Shown here in pieces: positions 49,566 to 59,040 of a DNA stretch of 59,040 bases; position 1 is the stretch's first letter; every line of letters starts with the position of its first letter. Made by a program: the position numbers and the translations under genes. The DNA comes from Octopus bimaculoides. Lineage: Eukaryota. The DNA lies in NCBI RefSeq assembly GCF_001194135.2, contig NC_068991.1:2980750-3039789 (forward strand). The letters run 5' to 3'. The notes under the pieces were generated by a model. It saw nothing but the letters and a program-made list of their open reading frames with translations. It was not told the DNA's origin and did no database searches.

Positions 49566-50054
49566 TCAACAAGACTGACCAGGTATTACACAACAACAAT
49601 AATAAACATGTGCAAAAGCCTCCAAGAGGTTGGTCAATCTGCTAGCTATAGCTGCCAAATTTCCCTCAAAGTATACACCGATGTTATGTTAAAGAAAATG
49701 AATAAGACATGAGATAAATGTCTCAAATATGATTGATCATGGCTGGACTAATTTGATCATAGAATTCCTTGGTCAAGACTGACCTGGGGTTGAACAACAA
49801 CAGCAACATGAACAAGAGTTGATTTTTTTTAAATATGAAGGATTCTGTGACATGTGAACGCTGCTGATAAAGAAGGAAATGACAAAGTCCAAAATGTATG
49901 GTTGGTGCAGCCGCAACTTTATATTAAAGATATCGACAAATAATCAAAGTGCAAACTGATATTTCACAGAACAATACAAAGGCTTTGAGATCCAATGTAT
50001 TTCAGGTGCTTTCACTTCATTTACACCTGCTGATACCTGTGCAATAGACACATA

Positions 50055-50225
50055 CATTTCTATATTTAAGAGATGAGGAATTAAGTACATTATTTACATT
50101 TGACGGATATTTGTCCTCATCTTTGTTGTTAACACAACGTTTTGGCTGATATACCCTCCAGCCTTCATCAGGTGTCTTGGGGAAATTTCGAACCTGGGTT
50201 CTCATTCCTAGGGCATTTTTCTAAT
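50055..50225 (-). mobile_element. SINE family C, 3' part; its head appears at 50951-50979, beyond the LINE
   Basis: Reverse complement of 51100-51230. Confidence 0.8.
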
Positions 50226-50227
50226 GT

Positions 50228-50952
50228 GAATACCCATCAGAGTGTAAGTATCTTGAGAGAAAAGCTGAACATTAGAAACATCAGTTGTGGTGTGCAAGAG
50301 AGACGATTGCGCTGGTATGGACATGTGGTGAGAATGGATGAGGATAGCTGCGTGAAAAAGTGCCACACCCTAACANNNNNNNNNNNNNNNNNNNNNNNNN
50401 NNNNNNNNNNNNNNNNNNNNNNNNNNNNNNNNNNNNNNNNNNNNNNNNNNNNNNNNNNNNNNNNNNNNNNNNNNNNNNNNNNNNNNNNNNNNNNNNNNNN
50501 NNNNNNNNNNNNNNNNNNNNNNNNNNNNNNNNNNNNNNNNNNNNNNNNNNNNNNNNNNNNNNNNNNNNNNNNNNNNNNNNNNNNNNNNNNNNNNNNNNNN
50601 NNNNNNNNNNNNNNNNNNNNNNNNNNNNNNNNNNNNNNNNNNNNNNNNNNNNNNNNNNNNNNNNNNNNNNNNNNNNNNNNNNNNNNNNNNNNNNNNNNNN
50701 NNNNNNNNNNNNNNNNNNNNNNNNNGGCACATAAAAGACACCATTTCGAGCGTGGCCGTTTTCGTGCGGGTGACACGTAAAAGCACCCACTACACTCTCT
50801 GAGTGGTTGGCGTTAGGAAGGGCATCCAGCTGTAGAAACTCTGCCAAATTAGATTGGAGCCTGGTGTTGCCATCCGATTTCACCAGTCCTCAGTCAAATC
50901 GTCCAACCCATGCTAGCATGGAAAGCGGACGTTAAACGATGATGATGATGAT
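50228..50952 (+). mobile_element. 3' fragment of the same RTE-type LINE family, spanning an N-gap
   Basis: ERRLRWYGHVVRMDEDSCVKKCHTL before the gap; 3'UTR ggcgttaggaagggcatccagc...gttaaacgatgatgatg after it. Confidence 0.85.
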
Positions 50953-50979
50953 TAATAGCCCACGCTCTTAACCACTATG

Positions 50980-51225
50980 GGCATATGGCATAGTGGTTAA
51001 GAGAGCAGGCTACTAATCCCAAGATTCCAAGTTTGATTCTAGGCAGTGACCTGAATAACAACAACAATAATAATAATGATAATAATAATAATAATAATAA
51101 CATTGAAAAATACCTTCGAAATTTCCCCAAGACACCTGATGAAGGCTGGAGGGTATATCAGCCGAAACGTTGTGTTAACAACAAACAAGATGAGGACAAA
51201 TATCCGTCAAACATAAATAATGTAT
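50980..51225 (+). mobile_element. SINE family C, best-preserved copy
   Basis: ggcatagtggttaagag...gtttgattctaggc...(AAT)n...cacctgatgaaggctggagggtatatcagccgaaacgttgtgtt. Confidence 0.85.
51131..51176 (+). ncRNA. Putative minimal type I hammerhead ribozyme motif inside SINE C
   Basis: GACAC-CUGAUGA-A-GGCUG(loop)CAGCC-GAAA-C-GUU-GUGUU: stem I GACAC/GUGUU, a 5-bp stem II, and a palindromic ACGU stem III. Confidence 0.5.
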
Positions 51226-51459
51226 CAGAATATTTATTTCAAATTTTTGCACAAGGCCAGCAAGTTCATGGAGTGGGGAAGGTAAGTCAATTACATTGAC
51301 CCAGTGTATCACTGTTACTTATTTTATCGACCCTGAAAGGATGAAAGGAAAAGTTGGCTGTAGTTGGAATTTGAACATAAAGATAAATGGAATGCAGCTA
51401 AGTATTTTGCCTGTGAACAATTCCGATCGCTTGGTGCCTTAAATCATTGGAATATTACC

Positions 51460-51620
51460 AAGAATTGCATGCGTGCTTTGTTGACCTTGGAAAAGCAGAT
51501 GACCGCGACTGCATGCCATGAGACAAGCTGCAGAAGGATTTGCAGGAGTTTGAAATTAAAGGGCAACTTTTGGTTGCCCTGTTTATCATCACACCCCGCT
51601 CCCCACATAACTGCAGCAAA
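51460..51620 (+). mobile_element. Highly decayed non-LTR RT fragment
   Basis: ACFVDLGKADDRDCMP*DKLQKDLQEFEIKGQLLVA matches the FVDLEKAYDRV..W..L...GI.G.LL motif. Confidence 0.6.
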
Positions 51621-52282
51621 GTCCCTTCTGTTACAAACGTGGATCAAATCTCAGAGGCCCAAAGGGTCATCATGAATGCCACCATTTCTCCTCTAAGCCA
51701 TTAAAAAAAATGTTATTAGCATATATGTTACATGAGATTATAAATTAGTGTAGCATTGCTGCTATTATACATGCATCATTTAATGTCCATTTTCCTTGCT
51801 GACATGGGTTGGATGGGTTGATGAGCCAGGTTCTGAGTTGGCCTGTGCTATCAGATGCTAATCATCACATCCTCTGCTACAAGGGGGAGAACAATTTCAC
51901 AAAAGACCTTTACCTTATCATCCCTCTCTAACATTGTTGAGGGTTTGTTGTTTTCAGCCCCAGCTGGAGAAAAGGCAACAGGAGCTGATGATTCCCCACC
52001 CACACATTTATGTTCGCTTCAGTCATTGGATTGCGGCCACGAAAGGGCACCGCCTTCAATGGTTTAGACGAAAAAGAAAGAAAAAAAATCAACCCCAGTG
52101 CTTCTTTTTTTTTTGTAAGTCAGGTATACATTCATTCTATCGATCCCTAAACCCAAACTGCGAAGTTATTAGCACGTAAACAAACCAACACCCGTTGTCA
52201 AACGGGGGTTGGGGAGACAAATGCACAGACACACATATAAGTATAGATATTTCTGACTCATGGATGGTTCGACGATATATAG

Positions 52283-52339
<57 letters not shown>

Positions 52340-52892
52340 ATGTATATAAGGCAGTTTATCTAAATCGTATGATCGCTTAAAGGAGGCAGTAATGCAATCA
52401 AAATATTTTATCTGAGGATAATCAGTCATAAAATCAAGATTTCCAGCGATGGCTGAGCTAAGGATTTAAGGGGAAATAAAGTTGCTGATGTTTATATCTT
52501 CCGCGCCTGGACACTGGCGGGGTCGGAATTGAAATTAAATAAGCACAAGCAGGAATTAATATTTGATCACGACCTGTTTTCGCTAAAAATTAACATTTCA
52601 CAGTGTTCGATCCCATATATATTGAATACATATATATATGCCATGTGTTCCGAGTGTCATGTTTACGAATATAAAAATGCTGATTTGATGGGATATCCTC
52701 TATGTTCTGTGCATATGTGTGTGCTATATATATTTTCGTTCTAAGGTAGACTTCTACCACCCCCGCTTTTTTTTTTTTTTTTTAACCAAAATACCCTGAA
52801 AAACGAGTTATTCACAAACATGAAATACGCCTCATAAAATATATACTTCCCGATTTAAAAAAAAAATTACAATATCTTTCCAAATGATCGTG

Positions 52893-52929
<37 letters not shown>

Positions 52930-53412
52930 ATGTGTGTCTATATATATATATATAATGTTTGTATGCATGTATATCCTAATATATATGGAAAGGTTGACGA
53001 CTCATTACATATCCTGTTGATAAAATTTTGCGCCAGTTATGGATAGTTTCCATTTTTATTAATATACATTAAAAACGCATTAAATGCTCCCTATCTCTGC
53101 ATAATATATATCTATATATACACATGATGTATGTATGTTTAGTGTGTTTTTTGTATAAACTGCGTAATAATGAAATGATTACAAGGTTGCTTTCGTTTTA
53201 CGCTATAATCACAATGGATGCGTATTTGTCTTCTCGTTCCATATATCCCCCTGTTTCCTGTTTTTCAGTCGTGTATATATGCTCATAAAACATTTATATA
53301 TATATATAAATATATATATAAACAGAATTGCGAATCGTACCTAGCAAATGGTATGCACATACAACTATATGAAAAACAAAACCCGCTCTTTTAATCTACC
53401 ATAATATATACG

Positions 53413-53450
<38 letters not shown>

Positions 53451-54224
53451 GGAAATAAGAGAACGTATGTACTGAAAATATGGTATATACGTTTAAACTA
53501 GCCCCGTATTATCGAAATATCGTGGAAAATATGATAAATGAAAATTTAAGGATCGAGGACTTGAGATCACCGGGATGGATCTTAAATAAAATAACCATGA
53601 GATTTGTAAAGGGAAGAACAAAAGAAGGGAAATGTAAGACGTTCGTGTCTTTTTCTGCGAAGAATAGTAACAGTAGTTCACATTTATAGGTTACTATATT
53701 ATAGTATAAATATTAAATATATATAATATTAATTTCCTATTATTCGTAAACGCCTTGACAGGTGCTACTACTCCTAGTAAGCGAAGATCTGGGAGTAGTA
53801 GTGGCTACGTGGTGGTTCTACCATCTCAAAACACTGGAGCTACCGAACCAATACCTCACTACAGAAAGCAGTTCGTAGTTATACGGGGTTAAATAGCATG
53901 GAACCACCCGAGCCCAGGGCACACTGAAATCACGGGATGCAGAATGGTGAATGTGGATTATTTCGGCATGGCGAATAACGCTAGATGCTAAGAGGATGAA
54001 CAGACAACGGCCAGGATCATCAGCTAGTTCAGTTAGAGAACTAGCCATCGTGTGCGTAGATGAGATATTTAAACTAGCAAACGACCGATATGACTAAAAG
54101 CCAGACGTGACATTCATGCCTGATCATTCGATCGGGACATCTGGCATGGAAGGGTTACATCAATCAGGGCAAATCGCCCGATTGAAATGATTTTTAAACA
54201 ACCTCCCCTACAGTCAGCCACCAA

Positions 54225-54428
54225 GTGCCACCATCTTGCCATTTAAACTACGCCCCCGTCTTCGGCCTCACCTCCCACTACTCCTCGCTCAGTGTTTCGT
54301 CGGCAACCTCTTCCTTGACTTCCGCTAATCAGCTTCTACTTCCGGCAGCGCTGCCATTGTGGAGCGCCGGCCAAGTTGAGCTGAGCTGACTTGAAACTGT
54401 TTTGGTCGGAAGAGAGGAACTTGTATGT
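54225..54428 (+). promoter_or_regulatory. CpG-rich housekeeping-type promoter and probable non-coding first exon
   Basis: ETS-like ACTTCCGC (54318) and ACTTCCGG (54338), YY1-like CCATCTT/GCCATTT (about 54230-54244), and a donor gaactt|gtatgt at 54423. Confidence 0.5.
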
Positions 54429-55162
54429 ATATATAGAAATATATTATTATATATATATCGCTGGCTATAACCTTTTTTTTTTATTTGTCTGTTGTATATA
54501 TAGAAACAAGTACGTCAATCAGTACAAACATACACACACAAAGATACATATATATGTGTATATATATATATATATATGTGTGTATATATATATATGTGTG
54601 TGTCAGACTATATAACATTGTGTATATGAATGTGTGTTTCCTTTTCCCCCCCCTATCACCATGCTCTGGTACACATAACTACACACACTCTTGATGTACC
54701 TCATTCTCTCGTTTTTATAAAGAGTGGAACCCTTAACCCCGTTGTGGATTCTGTGTGCGTGTTTATAATAATAAAAAAAAAAAACATTATATACCTCAAC
54801 GGTAGATTTTATTTAAAAAAGAATAATAAAAGAAAAACCTCAACGAAAGACAATTGTGGTGGCGTATTTGGTGCGTGATTCACAATAACATCAACAATAA
54901 ACATTACAACATATATTATGAATCAGAAGAAATCACCTCTGGTTTATAATAATAATAATAATAATAAACAGCATCATCATCGTCATCAGCACAATGAAAG
55001 GATAAACCTATGAAGCTGCTACGACGGTTATTATTATTACATAAATAATAACAAGATATTATTTCAAGAGAGACAGAAAGACACCTTGGTGGTTATTTAG
55101 GAAACGTGCTGCGAACTTCATTGAATAAAGTCAAACAGCAAAACAACAACAGAAGCACCATC

Positions 55163-55228
55163 ATGTCCAAAAGAAAGATTGTTATAGAATCGGACAGTGA
55201 TTCGGACAGTGATGATAATTTTGATGAG
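55163..55228 (+). CDS. RTF1: First coding exon of probable RNA polymerase-associated protein RTF1 (PAF1 complex); gene continues beyond the window
   Basis: accatcATG MSKRKIVIESDSDSDSDDNFDE|gtaagt resembles the animal RTF1 N-terminus (KRK..VIDSD..SDENLDQ, followed by a phase-0 intron). Only 22 codons are visible, so the identity is tentative. Confidence 0.6.
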
Positions 55229-55337
55229 GTAAGTTCAATTCAAACTATCTTCACTTTGAATGTCTGTCTGTCTATCTATCTATCTATATATCTATCTCTC
55301 TAACCATCCACCCATCCATCTATCTGTCCGTCTCCCC

Positions 55338-55370
<33 letters not shown>

Positions 55371-56854
55371 CATCTCTCTCTCTCTCTCTCTCTATTCACT
55401 TATCTATCTATCTATCGTTATATTTAAGAGTACTTGTGTTAAATTACACACATACACATGTATATATATGAAAATATATAATAAATGGGCGGAGGTAAAG
55501 AATACGTACACCACCCGTTTTCGGCGTAACCCTAACCCTAAACCCCGGATGTGCGTATTCTTTACCCTCACCAATAAATGTGTAATGTACAAAAAGATTT
55601 GTGAATTTTTTTTGTATAGATATCTGTTTATATATGTAGATAGTATTTTTGGGTGTGTAGATATATGTACATATATACGCGCACACACAACCCATGTCAA
55701 ATTGACCACATGTCTGTCTACATGTCTATTCTCTCTGACTAGAAGCTATTTTGTTATGTAGTTGAACAATGTATAGGTATTTTCATTATCGATTTTATAT
55801 CATGTAAGCATGGGAAATTCCCTCGTCATACTTCAGCCTCTGTATCAAATCGGTGCTTTTGTCAAATTATTCCCGCTCTACCGGGTTCGATCCTGCATCG
55901 TGTTATAAAATCGTTATTGATTTCTGATATAAAACACAGTATCTCGAATTGGAGGAAAGATATCAGTTTGTTCAATTCCAGCACTTGACTGGTTTCTTTT
56001 TTTTTCTTTTATCGGTTCCAGAGGAATGAAAGATTAAGTCGACCTTTGGTGGAATTTGAGCAAAGAGCTTAAAAGCACTTACCTAAATATCTCATTTACA
56101 TTCTAATCTTAGTTGCATTTCAAATCTAAAGGCGGCTTGTTGCTGTCTGTGTTTCGTTTTCGTTATACTGATGTCAGGAGTGGAATGGTTGTGTGTGGTG
56201 GAGTCTCATCCTCCGAAGTTACTCAATCGCCAATGGATACCTTCGAATGCCATCTTGAAATCCTCACTACATCAGTTGTTGCATGGGTTCGCTTCCAGAG
56301 TTAGTCACTAGCCTGGCCTATCTATGTACATGTGTATATCGCACGTGTTGCTGTTGCTGTTTAGATCATGGTCACACTTAATCATGCAGACCCGCGATCA
56401 AGAGCAATCCACTGGTGGCCAACAGGGCCGGCCCCACTGTTGCTGGCGTCCCGGGTAAGCTGAACTTCGACGTGTACAAGCTGCCGGTTGTGGAAATTTC
56501 CTTGTCTTTGTCACGTCCCGGGTGACTGCCCGAGTTGCCAGTACCTTAAGCAGGCCTTGATGGTCAACCCTTCTATTTTTGCATATTAAGGGACTGCATT
56601 GTCCAATGTATATAGCAGTCGTTATTTAAGACAGTAGGGTGTGATTTGAAGGCGATTTCACTGCTATATCTGGTTGGTACAACAATCATGTTGGTCCTTG
56701 CTACATGTGTCCACTGTACACGTATGTATATAAATAATGATACTCGTCTGTTGAATAGTTATATACACGTTTCCCATGGAATATACACATAGTGTGAGAA
56801 TGAAATGTGTGACAAAGAAACTGGCTAGAAATTGCAGTCAAAATGTATTTTGAT

Positions 56855-58945
56855 CCTCATCATCATTTAACGTCTGCTTTCCATGCTGGCATGGGTTGGA
56901 TGGTTTGACTGGAACTGGTTCCAGTCTGATTTGGCATGGTTTCTATGGCTGGATGTCCTTCCTAATGACAACCACTCTGAGAGTGTAGTGGGTGCCTTTT
57001 ATCTGTCATCAGCACCGGTGCTTTTACGAGTCACTGGCAACAACTACAATTTCACTTGGTTTGACGAGTCTTCCCAAGCACAGCAAATTGCCAAAGTTCA
57101 TGATCACATACCATTCCCTCCGTGAGACCTGACATTTGAAGATCATGTTTCATCGCTTTGTCTCATGTCTTCCTGGGTCTACCTCTACCACAGTTTCCCT
57201 CCACAGTTAGAAATTGGCTCTTCTTCACACAGCTTTCCTTGTCCATACGTATCACATGACCATACCAGTGCATTCATCTCTCTTGCACACCACATCTGAT
57301 GCCTCTTATGCCCAATTTTTCTCTCAAGACACTTACACTCTGTCTTACATGCACATCCTGTGGAGTATACTATATTTCTGTCTTTCGAGCATTTGCATGT
57401 CCTCTGCAGTCACAGCTCATGTTTCACTGCCATGTAGCATGGTTGTTTGCACACAGGCATCATACAATCTGCCTTTCAGTCTGAGGGGAAGACCCTATTT
57501 GTTGTCAACAAAGGTAGGAACTCTCTCAACTTTGCTCAGCCTATTCTAGCAGCTATGCTCTCAGAGCATCCCCCTCCACTGCTGATTTGGTCACCTGGGT
57601 AACGACTGCTATCAACTACTTCTAGGTATTGCCTTGGCATTTCATGGAATCTGTTTTCTGTATATTTCTAGTGTTTATTGTACCTATGCATCTGTCACAC
57701 ACAAAGACTATCTTCCCTGTTAACCTTCCTTTGATATTACTGCACATCTTATGTATCCATAGCTTGCACCAGGTACACCTTATGGGGTCTCTACCTATGC
57801 TTTTTCTACATGTCAAGCAGGGCCATCTACCCTGAAGGGATTTGTGATTTGACTGCTTTCCTACTAAGACTTTGGTCTTTGCTAAATTACCTCTAAGGCC
57901 TTTTGATTCTAGACCTTGCTTCCCCTCCTGAAATTTTTGTCTCCAGTTCTGGTAGTGATTCAGCTATAAGAACAGTCATCAGCATAAAGGAGCTCCCAGG
58001 GGCAACCCAACTTAAAATTCCTCTATTATTGCCTGAAGGACTATGATGAACAAAAGGGGGTTGAGGACTGACCCATGATGAACTGAATTCATTACAATTC
58101 TTGTTGCCAACCCTCACCTTATGAACAGCATCCCTGCACATGGCTTGTACAGCTCTCACCAGCCACTCCTCTATCCCTAGTTTCCACAGTGACCGCCAGA
58201 TAAAGGAGCAGGTGACTCTGTCGAAGGCTTTCTCCAAGTCAACAAAAGCCAAGTACAGGGGTTTATCTTTGGCTATGTATTTCTCTTGCAGCTGCCTTAC
58301 CAGAAATATAGCGTCAGTGGTGCCTCTCCCTGGCACAAAACTAAACTGCATCTCATCTAGACTAACTCTCTTCCTAATTAGTTGAGCTAAGACCCTCTCC
58401 TTAACTTTCATCACCTGATCCAACAATTTGATACCTCTGTTATTATTTCTATCTAAATCATCACCTTTACCTTTGTAGCAGTTGACTATGGTGCTGCTAC
58501 ACCAGTCATTGGGCATGATTCCTTCGTGTACAATCTGATTAACTATATGGTATCAAGCTACAGTCTATACGGATAGCTGGTCTTTCTCTTGGACCCACTT
58601 TAGGCAAACTCTCCTTCTGCCATGAGTTCTCTACATTTAGCAGCCTTTTGTAGTGGCACTTCCAAGACTCTTTCTTTGCAGTCACCAGCTGCAACTGAAC
58701 CATCATCCGTGTGAATGCACTTCTTTCCAACAACATCATAATTTTACTTGGCACACTCTCTTGCAAACCGAAACACTTCAAGCTGCTGGCCCTCATGCTG
58801 CAGAACATTGGCAAACTTCTTCCTTTCTGCTTCCCCTGTGGCTGAGTATACCTGTTCCTAGCTTACCTTCTTGCTACTATCACTCTTCCAGTCCCACTTC
58901 TTTGCTCTAATAGCCCTATCAACTACACCGTTCCGCCACCATCTC
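56855..58945 (-). mobile_element. Degenerate, 5'-truncated RTE-type LINE (RT, Cys-rich segment, C-terminus, 3'UTR, (GAT)n tail)
   Basis: Frameshifted peptides WWRNGVV; YKGKGD..RGIKLLDQVMKV..QFSFVPGRGTTDAIFLVRQLQEKY..LAFVDLEKAFDRV (57893-58516); IRCTWCKLWIHKMCS..FVCDRC; and RLRWYGHV-like C-terminus. The 3'UTR ends in catcatcat on plus at about 56857-56866. Confidence 0.92.
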
Positions 58946-59004
58946 ATTGGTAGATGGAAACTGAAAGAAGTCCATGGTATATATACATACATATATATAT
59001 ATAT

Positions 59005-59040
<36 letters not shown>

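Noticed and set aside
50017-50205. Recurrent short [26 protein letters not shown] (also 51033-51299)
   Set aside because: Translation of the SINE C tail. It is at most a relic of a Penelope-like 3' region, not a host gene.

Overview
AT-rich eukaryotic genomic DNA packed with microsatellites and SINEs, with ten N-gaps. The repeat families look like an Octopus genome (inference from pattern recognition). Three protein-coding loci are supported. (1) A complete 8-exon FCF1/UTP24 gene on the minus strand (17431-23364, 198 aa, all introns GT-AG). (2) An intact, intronless argininosuccinate-lyase (ASL)-family ORF on the plus strand (41875-43524, about 549 aa). It has lost the catalytic His, the GSSxMPxKxN signature and several substrate-binding residues, and has gained a hydrophobic signal/anchor, a Ser/Thr-rich stem and seven N-glycosylation sequons. 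It is a candidate secreted or membrane-tethered pseudo-enzyme and the most interesting item here. (3) The first coding exon of a probable RTF1 gene (55163-55228). The rest is at least five SINE-like families, RTE-type LINE relics, an RLE-type LINE 3' end, Helentron-associated elements, hAT/pogo relics and MITEs, and degenerate minisatellites. Other highlights are a tRNA-headed SINE whose tail contains a Penelope-type minimal hammerhead ribozyme and recurs in head-to-head inverted pairs, a 198-bp ungapped inverted duplication around CCAAT/TATA motifs upstream of the ASL-like gene, a 130-bp-arm foldback, and TTAGGG-containing hairpins in the first introns of both housekeeping genes. All alignments were done by eye; no database search was run.
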